64,000 nt of DNA, taken from the NCBI GenBank assembly GCA_051362555.1, contig CM120640.1, positions 30,027,967-30,091,966 of the forward strand. Reading direction: 5' to 3'. Made by a program: the position numbers and the translations under genes. Positions 1 to 12,456 of this stretch are shown here, piece by piece. Source of the DNA: Lingula anatina (lineage: Eukaryota; Animalia; Brachiopoda). Each line of letters begins with the position of its first letter. Within the stretch, counting starts at the first letter, position 1. Below the pieces are notes generated by a model. It saw nothing but the letters and a program-made list of their open reading frames with translations. It was not told the origin of the DNA and ran no database searches.

Positions 1-1199
1 GAAACATGTATCAAACTAACAACATGTCTTTATCCATGCTCTCAAAATATTAAAGCTTTGTGAATAGGGCCTATTTCGTAGAAAGGTAAAAAGTCATGAA
101 TATATATGCTGCATATTACCAAATCTATTTAAGGTTATTTCATGCATTCTGTTGGTATAGCATCCAATAAAACAAATATCAAATAAACAGCGTGTCTTAA
201 TTTGTACTCTCAGAAAATTAAAGCATTGTAAACACTTCACAGAATTGTTAAAAAAAAGAAGCAAAGATAGGCCTATGCTTCCTACTACTAAGGTAATTTC
301 GGTCGATGCCATTTTGTCTACTTCGACTCAAACGCTAGCAGCCAACTATCGGGTGGCCTGTCCGACTTTCAGTCCACCAAATACCAGGACGCTCTTGTCG
401 ACCCTTTTTTCGCTCCAAAAAGAAACTGGTATGTGCTGCTCTGGACAGAATGTCACTGAAATTTTCCGGGCGATGATCGCTGGCCGCGGCCAGCCTTTCG
501 TATAATTGTAAAAGGGTGATATCTCCATGTCCAATATCAATGGCAAACTAATCCAAAAAGACGGCCCCCGTTCTCTTTATGACTTTAATTGTCGTGTATT
601 TTGAAGTTAAAGCAATAATAACCCTTCGTTTCGGCCAAAAAATGAATTTTCCTGGAGTAAACAACAATTTTCCCATACTTACCAATGGTTATGAATCCAT
701 TTTTACATTCAAAGTTAGTCCCTGTTTTTTTTCTAAAAAGTTTGGTTTTTTGTTAAAATCTCTTAAGAGCTTGCGGAATTAGCCGAGAATTGCCGATTGC
801 ATTTTCCTGCAAATTCAATAACGATGTTTGCGACAACCAACTTCCTCGGGGGGGGGGGGGGGGGGGAGGGGGGGGGGGAGCGGTGGGAGCGGTTTGGGGG
901 GGGGATTTTTTTTTTTTTTTTTTTGGAGAACGGACGAAAATCGGTGCGCGCGCAGGATGTCATCCATAAAATTAAAAAAGTGTGGCCTTATATTTACTGG
1001 AGGGAATGAATATTATATAATGTTACTTTTTTATGTTATTAATCCATTTGTGCATATAACAGTAATGAGAAGTTTCATATAAACAGAATATGATATGATC
1101 AAATAAATGTTTGGGTAAATTTTAATTAAGCCTGATTTTTAATAAAATGGTTATGATATAGAATTTTTTTGGAAATAGATTATTAAATTTTATTTGCGA

Positions 1200-1870
1200 A
1201 AGTTTTGAGGCGCAAATTATGTTTCAATCCACCATTAAGTAGCAAATGCACAGAACAATGTTAGTAAAGTCTTTTTACAGCTTATTAAATCTCATTTCTC
1301 AGCAGGTTCCTTGTTGCATAAGATTTTTAACAAAAATAACATTATAGCTGTTTGGACAATATTTCCCAAATCATTAAAGCTAAGAACAACAGTATAATTA
1401 ATAACAGTAGGACTGTTGACAATGTGTCAGAAGTAAAAACTTGCAACTGTAGAATAAAAAGTGAATGCTCAATGAATGACAAATGTCTAGAAAAAATGTA
1501 ATTTGTAAGGCAACAATGAGAATAGAAAATGAAACAAAAGAATACGATGGCATTTTTCAGCATGAATTCAAGTATAGATATAATTACCAACAGACCTCTT
1601 TCAACTGCCTAGCTAAATGCCATCTAACCTCATTAAGCAACTATATTTGGACTCTTAAGGACAAATAATAATGATAATATAATAATTTAAATAATAATAA
1701 TAACAATAATAATAATAACAATAAAAAAAATAATAATTATTATTATTATAATGAACTGAAATGGACAATAACAAGGAACGCACCACCATACTCAAATATA
1801 ACCAAATAACAGAACTCATGAACAATACAGACATTTTAGTAAATAGCTACTAACTAGACAGCAAAGCTGA
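1200..1870 (+). pseudogene. Degenerate Penelope-like element 3' region (linker + GIY-YIG endonuclease)
   Basis: Broken frames read FNPPLSS..NNVSKVFLQLIKSHF..LLHKIFNKNN..SCLDNISQII..KTCNCRIKSECSMNDKCL..NVICKATM..FKYRYNYQQTSF..TSLSNYIWTLKDK..KWTITRNAPPYS, matching the CxCR..C..C linker and GIY-YIG domain of Penelope-like elements; stops, frameshifts and an (AAT)n tract at ~1665-1750 interrupt it. Confidence 0.8.
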
Positions 1871-1934
1871 TAAATATATAGACACCACACAGGAAACAAG
1901 GTGGCAAATGTGAGAAATGTTCAGAAATTCAGAT

Positions 1935-1936
<2 letters not shown>

Positions 1937-1981
<45 letters not shown>
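1937..1981 (+). repeat. Poly(A) tract
   Basis: About 45 consecutive A. Confidence 0.95.
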
Positions 1982-1983
<2 letters not shown>

Positions 1984-2021
1984 AAGAGTGCACCAAATAA
2001 TGTTTTGGTCAATTTTCATGC

Positions 2022-2378
2022 ACTATCAATGTATACTCGATTCCGCCTGGTGTCCATGTGATTAAGCCAAATGAATGTCTCCCCGAAGACCAAAATTGAC
2101 TTCAGGAAAAATATGGAAGACTGAACCACCATTCTGTGTTGATTAGATCCAGTAGCAGATTTGATTGGGGGGGGGGGTCAGGGGGGTCCTGACTATCAAT
2201 GTATACTCGATTCCGCCTGGTGTCCATGTGATTAAGCCAAATGAATGTCTCCCCGAAGACCAAAATTGACTTCAGGAAAAATATGGATGACTGAACCACC
2301 ATTCTGTGTTGATTAGATCCAGTAGCAGATTTGATTGGGGGGGGGGGGGGGAGGGGGGGGGGGTCAGGGGGGTCCTGA
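2022..2378. repeat. Near-perfect 170-bp tandem duplication ending in G-runs
   Basis: actatcaatgtatactcgattccgcctgg... starts at 2022 and again at 2192; copies differ by about one substitution and G-run length. Confidence 0.9.
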
Positions 2379-3186
2379 CCCCCTTCGATTTCTGAAAAAA
2401 ATCGAAGAACATATAACTATATACTATGGGCGTATTTTTGCCAGTTTTGGAGAAAAAATCACACCAACAGTCCCATCTTGAAATTAGAATTTTGACTAGC
2501 TGAATTATATTGTTCTAAATTGTATCATTTTAAATGTTCTACACCGCTCGCCCTCTAAATTACCAAAAATTTCGGGCCCCTTCAGCAGGCTCCTAACCCC
2601 ACATCAAGGGGGGGGGTTGGTCGGCTTCGCATCCGCTACCCTTCCTCCCCCCCCCCCCTTTCAAATAATCCTGGATGCGCCCCTGAAATCTGATTTTGTA
2701 GGATAAAAATGAAAGACGTGAATGTAGATAAGATTTATCTGTTATCAAAAACCATAAGTCTTACAGCATTTATCAGAAGGGAAGCAAATAGTCTTTATAC
2801 TTACCCAATAAACTAAAATGCGCTCCTTTTCGATTGTGTTAATTTGCAAAACTACATGTATTCCACTCTTTCCCATCCCGAAAAATCTTCACTGAATCTT
2901 TGCATATGTAAGGCGAAGTGCCAGTGACGATTGAAAGGGAGAAGATGACATTTTCTTACGTCGTTAATATTCCTAGATATATTCCATTGTATGCAAAATG
3001 TTTGAAAATATAATTCCGATCCGTATGAACAAGTATCTTGGTGCAAAAAGAAGACCCGCTTTGACAGCGCAATCAAGATACCTGTCACAACTAACACACT
3101 ACATCGGAGGAGAATCGGGGCACATTAAGCGCATCCCAGTCCAGCACTACTTTCAAGCTATTTCGGCCCAGATCTTCTGATTTTTA

Positions 3187-3455
3187 GTTCAAATATATAT
3201 TGATAATATTTTGGTTGAAAAGAATTTGATTTTATAAACATTGTTCATTATTTAAAAGGAAAGGAAGTTATTTTTACACTCCTTTTTTGATTTCTTTTTT
3301 ATCTTGTTTGATGACCATTGTCCTATATCGAACGATGCCCAAAATTGATTCACAGAGGAGTATTTCATAGATTTCTCGTAAACCTTCCCAAAATGACACC
3401 CTCGGTACTGTTGCAAATTCTTTTCAACCAAAATATTATCAATATATATTTGAAC
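3187..3455. repeat. Perfect 42-bp inverted repeat with 185-bp spacer
   Basis: 3187-3228 gttcaaatatatattgataatattttggttgaaaagaatttg is the exact reverse complement of 3414-3455. Confidence 0.9.
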
Positions 3456-4604
3456 AAATTACCAAGTTTTTTGTTCACAGGCCGTCCTGGCTGCCCCCTC
3501 AAGCAGTCTACCACTGGTGACTCATGAAGACCGGCACGTTTTACAAATTTACCTTGTTTCATATTTTAAAAGACAAGTTTAAATTTGATATTCATGAGAA
3601 GAATTCTCTATCTCTATAAAACACGCACAAGTTCAGTTCTACACGTCGGCCTATAATAATCTCCAATCCACCCAAAGCGCATAATACAGACAGCTGTGGG
3701 TGCCGTGCGCTGGAAGTAACGGGGCAAAACGAACTTTCTCACTGCGCCCACATTAGGAAGAAAATCACTGTGGTAAATTGTTCCGAACGCATAGACAAAT
3801 GGAGCCCATTATTACTATTTGCTTTAATACATTACATATATCTGTAGAGAAACCCTTTCGCTACACAATGGTGGATAGATCATTGTTGCATCTTCATGTA
3901 ATGAACGATTTCCTTCCCCTTTCCACATTTTAAATGTTCTTATTTAAGGCCAAGTGTGTGATATAATGTTAAAGTAAACCACAATGATTTGTTCTGGGAA
4001 AATCTAGAAAAATTAAAACATCATGGATTAAGAAAATTTATCTTCACATTGCTTGTCAGGAGGTTTTACGTGCACCCCTTGTTCCAACCAGACTACTATC
4101 TTTCATCACTGTCTCCACTTGCACAATATGATGTAATTTGGGACATCGTCACAATCATGTTGAGATTGACCCTAAGACCAAATACTGCAGCCCCAGTACT
4201 TTTGCAGCTTCACTTTACCAAGATCTATTGTAACAAAATTTATCAAATTTTATACAGAAACATTTGCAAGTAATCATACTAGTTTGGTAATGTTTTTAAT
4301 GAAACGGTGAATTATTTTGCCTTCACTTTACTGTTTTTAAACATCCTAAGCAACTCGACCCAGAGTTCAGTTGGCACAGGTGTCGGTGGTTGTTCTTAGA
4401 TACTAATGCATGTGATGGCTTGGCGGTGTGTTTTAATGTAACATGCGGAGCAAAATCTGTATGTTATTTAATACTTGATATGAATTGTAGTTGAGTCCAC
4501 CCCCTAGCCCTTTGTACCGCGTTATCCACCGTACGGGATCATATTTTTCCTTGTGAAATGTTGTATGCGTCTGGGTCTGGTCAATTTCGCATCTATGGGC
4601 ATTA

Positions 4605-5715
4605 TACCCCCTTCACACTAGAGGCGGAATGAGCGAGAATGCCGTCGGAAAGACAATTCTTTTTGCGCTCCTGGACATTCGAAGAGCATTCTAAAAATTC
4701 CGAGTGCATTCTAAATATTTTTACCCATTCTTGTGGCATCCCGAATGTTTTTGTCATGTCAAAAACTTTCGAAGTGCAGTCTAAGTTGAAATTCATCAAA
4801 TGGCATTTGAACAGTATTCTAACTGCACTATGACTGCATTATAAACATTCTCACGGCATTCCGACAGCATTCGAAACATTCTGATCACATTAGAGGAATA
4901 TTCGAACTGACAAGTGACTTAAAGGCCCCGTCAAACTTATTCGAAACCAGTAGGAATCAAGCCGGAATTACTAAATTAAAAAATTCGTACCATATTCGGG
5001 AGGGAATTTCAAATTATCGTAAAATATTACGGCTTTATAAGAATGCCTCTGGAATACTAAGAATGTACATCGAACCCGCCTGGAATGGTTCTTGCACATT
5101 CCAGGTATATTACCTCTCAAATGCAGCTCGAATGTAGTTGGAATACTGTAGGGATATTGCGATAAATTTCCTCTTGGAGTGCACTTCGAAAGTTTTTGAC
5201 ATGACAAAAACATTCGAGCCGGCCATAAGAATGGGTAAAAATATTTGGAATGCACTCAGAGTTTTTAGAATGTTTTTAGAATGCTCTTCGAATATCCTGG
5301 AGTGCACAAAGAATTGTTTTTCAGACGCCATTCTTAATCATTCCGCCTCTAGTGTGACGGGGATTTTATATCCCGCCAGAATGTTTCGAATGTGCCTCGG
5401 ATGAGCTGAAATATTTATGTTGCCAGCAATCGAACTACCCTAGTGTGCCGTTCAAAGTATATTCTAAATATTCTTACTGCCTTCTTACAGCATTATAAAT
5501 ATTCCTAGTTTTCCAACTACATTCGAACTGCTTTTGAGAGCTACCTGTAATACAGTCGAAAGTTCCAGGCGAATTCAAGCGCATTCTGAGTATTCCAACG
5601 GTACTCTTACAATAATTTGAAATTTTTCCACGAATGTGGTGCGAATTTTAAAAATTCTTTGATCAGGCTCATTCTTCTTCATTCCTGCTGATTCCAAATA
5701 AGTGTGACGGGGGTA
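4605..5715. mobile_element. PIF/Harbinger-like MITE (outer copy)
   Basis: Termini tacccccttcacact...agtgtgacgggggta flanked by TTA on both sides (4602-4604, 5716-5718); no coding capacity. Confidence 0.7.
4922..5364. mobile_element. Related MITE nested in opposite orientation inside the outer copy
   Basis: Begins ggccccgtcaaactt (reverse complement of the outer right end) and ends ttccgcctctagtgtgacgggga (reverse complement of the outer left end); 5160-5362 is an inverted homologue of 4607-4800. Confidence 0.7.
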
Positions 5716-6169
5716 TTAGTGAATGACGTTTTATAACATAGCCATTTCAAGCTCAAAGAAACGAACGCGACATGGGTTGTGTTTATCTCGCATCTATGCA
5801 GTTCAGTATGTGGCGAAACAGACTCAGCCATATCATTTTCGGGCCTCAAAGCTCTGTAGTAAAAGACGAAGGTGGTGTCAGTTTCGCTGCTATAGGGCTT
5901 AATAACGTATAAAATAGACGCGGTGCATGTTGTTTTCGTTTGTTAAGGGGCGTCTAAAAGACGCACGCGTAGGCTCCTATAGGCCATGGTAAAATTCAGT
6001 TTATTTGAATGTATTTCTGAATAACAAGTTAAGAAAATTCACTAGTTCACTAAAGACACAAAACAACTGTGACTTTTACTTTAAAACACCTTTTTTATTA
6101 TTTTGATAAAGTTAGTTACAGAATTGATAAACAGAGTGTCACGTTTTCAACAATTAATATTTTAAATTA

Positions 6170-6290
6170 CAATCCATGTCTGCAAGGTTGTGTCAATGAA
6201 CAAAATACAACGTTGAGTCAACGTCACATTATGACGGTGTTTTGACGTGGCTGGATCAACGTTGATTTTACGTAAAATTGCTTGCCGGAG
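6170..6290 (-). mobile_element. Terminus of an EnSpm/CMC-like non-autonomous element
   Basis: Minus strand begins ctccggcaagcaattttacg followed by repeated (c)aacgtt/gacgt motifs, similar to the CCCAG-type ends at 8617 and 49642. Confidence 0.35.
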
Positions 6291-8497
6291 GTTACAATAC
6301 AGAATAAACACAGCAAACAGAATATAAACAGACAAATAGACATACAGTGACAACACCATCATGCAGAGTAATAATAATGAATAAAAACAAATAGAGTGAC
6401 AAAACTGACGTACATAGTGCTCACAATAAATACAAACACGAACAGTAACAACACCAACAAACAGTAATCAAAATATATACAAACAAACACGGTCACAATA
6501 CAGACATACACAGTAGAAAGAAATTCACATGTACAGTGACAACAGTAATGTTCACCGTAATGATAATGAAAACAAGTAAAAAGAGTAAAAAACATAGCCG
6601 TTCACAGTCATCACAATATGTACAAACACATTCAGTAACAATACAAAATCGACACAGCAAACAGAATATAAACAGACACATAGACATATAGTGAACAACA
6701 TTATCATGCAGAGTAATAGTAATGATTTAAAACAAATAGAGTGACAAACTGACATAAACAGTAATCAAAATAAATATTAACATGCACAGTGATAATAGTA
6801 ACGTGCACAATAATCAAAATGACTACAAACAAACACAGACACCATACAGACATACACAGTGATCAGAATAAATTTTGACATGTACTGTTACAACACAACC
6901 ATGCACAGTAAAAAGAATGAACACAAATTAATCAGGTAATTACACAGTTATACACAGTGATCACAGTATATATATACAAACAAATTCAATGACAAACAAA
7001 TAGATCACAAACAAATAGAGTAACAAAACAGACATACATAGTGCTCACAATAAATACAAACACCAACAGTAACAACACAAACATACACTGTGATCACAAA
7101 AAAAAACCCAACCCAAACACTGACAAACAAACAGAATATAAACAGACACATGTACATACAGTGACAACACCATAAGGCAGATCTTTGTTAATCTACTTGT
7201 TTGTATTTATTGTGAGCGCTGGGTACGTCAGTTTTGTTACTCTATTTGTTTGTGGTCATTTTGATTACTGTGCATTTTAGTGTTGGCACTGTTTGTGTTT
7301 GTATTTGTTGTCAGCGATGTGGATGTCAGTTTTGTCAGGTTATTTATTTCTAGTCATTATTTGAACTGTGCATGTTGGCGTTGTCACTGTCACTGTCATA
7401 TTCTGTTTGCTATGTCTATTCTGTATTGTTACTGAATGTGTTTTTACATATTGTGATGACTGTGTATGGCTATGTTTTCTCTCTCTTTTCTTGTGTTCAT
7501 TGTCATTAGGGTGCACTTTACTATTGTCACCTTATATGATAATATTTATTTTGAGCACTATGTATGTTTGTGTTGCTACTGTTTTTGTCTGCATATAATT
7601 CTGATCAATGTTTAATTGTTTGTCCTTCTATTTGTTTATAATCATTATTATTACTGTGCATGTTTGTTTTGTCAGTGTTTGCGTTTCTATTTTTTGTGTT
7701 CACTATGTATGTTTGTGTTTTAACTGTGAGTGTTTGTATTTACTGTGAGCACTGTGTATGTCAGTTTGTGTATGTCATATTCTGTTTGCTGCGTCTATTC
7801 TGTATTGTTACTGAATGTGTTTGTACATATTGTGATGACTGTGTATGGGTATGTTTTCTTCCTTTTTTCTTGTGTTCATTGTCATTAGGGTGAACGTTAC
7901 TGTTGTCTCTGTACATGTCAACATTTATTCTGATCACTGTGTATGTCTGTATTGTGACTGTGTTTCTTTGTATTTATTTTGATTACTGTTTGTTGGTGTA
8001 GTTACTGTTGATGTTTGTAATTATTGTGAGCACTGTGTATATCAGTTTTGTTAATCTGTTTGTTTGTGATCATAACTATTACTCTGCATGATGGTGTTGT
8101 CACTGTATGTCTATGTGTCTGTTTATATGGTATTTGCTGTGTCTATGTGTTTATTGTGTATTGTTACTGAATGTGTTTGTATATATTGTGATGACTGTGT
8201 ATGACTTCATTTCACTCTTTTTCCTTGTGTTCATTCTTATTACGGTAAATGTTACTGTAGTCACTGTACATGTGAATTTTTTTTCTAATCACTGCGTATG
8301 TCTGTTTAGTGATTGTGTTTGTTTGTATTTATTTTGATTACTGTGTTTGTTGGTGGTGTTACTGCTCGTGTTTGTATTTATTGTGAGCACTATGTAGGTC
8401 AATTTTGTCACTCTATTTGTTTTTAATCATTATTATTACTCTGCATGATGGTGTTGTCACTGTATGTCTATGTGTCTGTTTATATTCTGTTTACTGT
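6291..8497. repeat. Complex TG-rich satellite block; orientation flips near 7180
   Basis: 6291-~7175 is the AC-rich strand and ~7181-8497 the TG-rich strand of the same actgtg-based repeat. Confidence 0.9.
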
Positions 8498-8745
8498 CCC
8501 AAATTATGTTGTTTTAACATTGAAACAACGTTGAACCATAACGTCGAGAAGACATTGGATAAACATTGGATTTGAAAATTGTGTCAACCGCAGATAACAA
8601 TGTTATATCAACCCCACCCAGCAGGAAATTTTGTTGTTTCAACGTTGAAACAATGTTGAGCTTCAACGTTGACAAGATGTTGGATTAACATTGGATTTGA
8701 AAATTAGATCAACGTCAGATAACAATGTATCAAACCCAGTTGTTG
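8498..8745 (+). mobile_element. Two tandem ~120-bp EnSpm/CMC-like termini with AACGTT-type subterminal repeats
   Basis: cccaaattatgttgttttaacattgaaacaacgttg (8498) and cccagcaggaaattttgttgtttcaacgttgaaacaatgttg (8617) are diverged copies of each other. Confidence 0.45.
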
Positions 8746-9010
8746 GACAACATTCTTGCATAAAAAGACATTAAAATGACCTGAAATGTTTTTATTTTTG
8801 GTACAAAACACAGGTACACAATTATAACGTACACTGTAAAAACATCCAAGTGCCTGCTTTGTCTGATTTTTCAACGCATTTAGCTCCTAAGCATGTTTTG
8901 CACCTAAGCATGGTACACCCTTTTAGCCTGGATGTGTGTAGCAGTAGTACATGTTTGATGGCTAAATATATGTAGGGTATAAATGTATGTTAAAATTTCC
9001 TAGGTTTAGA

Positions 9011-9075
<65 letters not shown>

Positions 9076-9266
9076 CCTGTTTATTGTGTATATATATTAA
9101 CAGATAACTATAACTATATATATATATACTTAATCCACAGCTAGCGAGTAGAACAAAAGGCTTGACCGTGCTGTATTCGACATACAAGCACGTGATGTAC
9201 GAGTGCATTCCATGGTCTGTTGCACTACTAGTGTATTAGCAAATCAGAGGCCGTGGTTTAAGCCAG

Positions 9267-9378
9267 ATACAACACTCATCGCCAAGCTGTACGTGAAAAT
9301 TACTCGTGTATTGGCTCGCCTGCGGCTCGCCAATACACTCGTAATATTTCACGTACAGCTCAGCGACTGGTATTGTAT
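9267..9378. repeat. Long imperfect palindrome centred on ggctcgcctgcggctcgcc
   Basis: agctgtacgtgaaaattactcgtgtattggc pairs with gccaatacactcgtaatatttcacgtacagct. Confidence 0.8.
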
Positions 9379-9388
9379 CTATCACAAC

Positions 9389-9647
9389 AAAGTCACAGTC
9401 ACCTCAACCTGTCTATCTATAATAGGTTACCAAGAACTGTCAACTTTATATCACTCCATCACATTTACAGCAACTTATTCATCCTAGTGTTAGCTGACCT
9501 TGCAAGGAATTTAGTTTATTGGAATGTATTTCTGAATAACAAGTTAATAAAATTCACTAGTTCACTAAAGACAAAACAACTGTCACTTTTACTTTAAAAC
9601 CCTTTTGTTATTATTTTGTTATAGATAGGTTGAGGTGACCGTGACTT

Positions 9648-9648
<1 letters not shown>
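9389..9648. mobile_element. Small MITE-like element with ~30-bp TIRs
   Basis: aaagtcacagtcacctcaacct..atctataa versus ttatagataggttgaggtgaccgtgacttt; its interior 9508-9617 recurs at ~5993-6105. Confidence 0.55.
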
Positions 9649-9715
<67 letters not shown>

Positions 9716-9862
9716 TGGAGAATAAAGACAATACACTATGAAAAAGTGCTCTACCATTTATTATGCGGTTGATCTACCTAAGGGCGAGGCCTCAGGGCCG
9801 AAACGGCCATAGGGTATTTTTTATTAAAATGGAGAGAAAAGACTAATTTATTCGTATCCTCG

Positions 9863-9933
<71 letters not shown>

Positions 9934-10339
9934 CTGAACATTGAAAATCCTAACTTAAAGGCCATACACATATACCCTACATATACAGACTTGACATTTA
10001 ATATGGAATATTTCAGTTTTACGTAGGTAAAATGCATTCTTTATCAAAAAACTCAGATCTCATATAAGATATCTGACTGGAGAAGTGTGAAGTCAGGTGT
10101 GTCGCTACCAATTAACTGATTATCAAGTCTGTTGCACTGCTGCATTATGTAATATGCAGTGATTTAATTGGGTAGTGCTCCTTTGGGCTGGTCAAAGCTT
10201 GGCTTTGGCGAAGCATGGTTCTGTCAAAAAAGTATCCATATGTCAGCAACTACTGTATAGAAGAATTTAAAATTTTGCATGCAAGCGGTTGGTTTTGCAA
10301 TGTGTAAAGTGAAATTAGCAGTGTTTTACAAAATTGTTA

Positions 10340-11290
10340 AGCTTTGCCAGAATGGCACGAAAAAGACAGACAATTGCTAGACGGATTATTGCGCCAAATG
10401 GAACGGTCTGCACAGTTTCATAGAGTAATGCCCAGACTTATATACTCACACAGAGACCTCGCCCAATGTATCGTTATCTTACCACCAGGGTATAGGACTC
10501 AATGTCCTTCAGGATATGCTGCTGCAATTAAACCCAAACCACCCAGTCCGTTTTGAATGAGGGGCAAATTGTCACCAAAACGCATTTTTCAAGGCTCTTA
10601 GCGAACACCAAACTGGTTTTAGCAGGTTAGAATACCAGGCCACCTCTGGGGAAGTCACTGTAAACAGCAAAACAGCGTAGTCTGTTTCTCTAATGATTTG
10701 GGGACCATGACATTTTCTGGGTAGAACATTGAAACCGCGTGGTTTTCTTTATTGAGGTCAGATTTCACCTGTACCGCTAAAGTGGTCAAAACAGAGTTTA
10801 CAGAGGCCTACGACAAGGCGTGTGCCACTTCTGAAGTGACTTGGGTCATTGGCAGTGTCAATATTTGGAGTGGATACCACATTGGTGCCAAAACACCAAT
10901 GGAAGTCATCAATGAAAACCAGATCACATAAAGGAATAATCTGGGAACCACTTGATTATCATTTGATAGGGGCACCTTAGGAACAGATTTAGGTTGCACG
11001 ATCAGATTGCCGGTTCACACAGAGCACTTTCAATAGCAGATAACTTACAGAACCAAGGGAATGAACAGCTACCTTGGTCATCAAAATCGCCATATTTGAA
11101 CCACATAGACAATATGGGGGTAGGTCATAAGTCGCCGAATCAATGGTCTGCATGTCCTAAAACAAAACGGAACCAAATTGGACAAGTTTAAACCGTTGCC
11201 TGGAATTTTATTCCAGATTGAATTTCAAAAACCTATCCTAAAGTATGCCTTGCTGCTTGAAAGCTCTGGTAGCAGGGAGATGAGGTCAGG
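10340..11290 (+). pseudogene. Highly degenerate Tc1/mariner transposase
   Basis: QLPWSSKSPYLNHIDN (WPxxSPDLNPIEN-like) at ~11065-11115 and a VVF..EVRFHLY..SGQNRVYR segment at ~10740-10805; many stops and frameshifts. Confidence 0.7.
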
Positions 11291-11559
11291 CATAACAGCG
11301 ACTGTTGCTGTGACTACACACTGATATTAGGGACCTTTGTGGGGCATGAAACTCTTTTAAAGACGATAATTTGGGAAATATGGAGATCCAAAATATCGTT
11401 TTTAATGGTTGTCGTATGACTTAAAATAGGCAATGTATTTTTAATTGCTTCAAGAGCGAATTCAATTAATGAACTGATGTCACAATGACATGGAATAGAT
11501 TATCAGAAGTTATTAAAACATGATTTTAATCCTTATTTTCATTTATCAGTCTGCAATAT

Positions 11560-12456
11560 AGAAAAAACTGTGACATACACAGTGATCAGAATAAATTTTG
11601 AAATGTACAGTGACAACAGTAACGTGCACCGTAATGATAATGAACACAAGTAAAAAGAGTAAAAAACATAGCCGTTCACAGTCATCACAATATATACAAA
11701 CACATTCAGTAACAATACAAAATCGACACAGCAAACAGAATATAAACAGACACATAGACATATAGTGAACAACATTATCATGCAGAGTAATAGTAATGAT
11801 TATAAACAAACAGAGTGACAAAACTAACATACACAGTGCTCATAATAAATACAAACACCAACAGTAACAACACAAGCACATGCAATGATGACAAAAAATA
11901 CAAATGCAAATACCAACAAAACAAACATGCACAGTAATAATAATATTTATAAACAAATAGAAAGACAAACAGACTTAAACAGTGATCAGAATTATATGCA
12001 GACAAAAACAGTAATAACACAAACATACACAGCTCGAAATAAATATTATCACATAAGGTGACAGTAGTAAAGTGCATCCTAATGACAATGAACACAAGAA
12101 AAAATTTAGAGAGAAAACATAGCCATACACAGTCATCACAATATGTAAAAACACATTCAGTAACAATACAGAATAGACACAGCAAACAGAATATAAACAG
12201 ACACAGAGATACATAAGATAAACACACAGGAATACAGTGACAACACAATCATGCAAGAGTTATAGTAAATATTACAAACAAATAGAGTGACAAAACTGAC
12301 ATACATAGTGCTCATAATAAATACAAACACAAACAGTGACAACACAAACATGCACAGTAATCAAAATATATAAAAACAAACACAGTCAAAATACAGACAT
12401 ACACAGTGATCAGAATAAATTTTGACATGTACAGTGACAGGAGTAACGTTCACCGA
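11560..12456 (-). repeat. Satellite block (AC-rich strand shown)
   Basis: Same repeat family; 11600-11800 is nearly identical to 6530-6730. Confidence 0.9.

Larger units (their letters stand above)
9014..9931. repeat. Cluster of (TA)n microsatellites separating short inserted elements
   Basis: (TA)n at ~9014-9073, ~9652-9713 and ~9867-9931; other (TA)n tracts at ~17475, ~21663, ~33647, ~47121 and ~60900. Confidence 0.95.

Noticed and set aside
763-1082. Gly- or Pro-rich ORFs and G-quadruplex-like tract
   Set aside because: Produced by G and T homopolymer runs whose lengths may be unreliable; no coding evidence.
245-3560. Possible host exons (e.g. ~330-430, 2850-3180, acceptor-like site at ~3480)
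   Set aside because: No recognisable protein similarity or consistent exon chain can be supported by eye.
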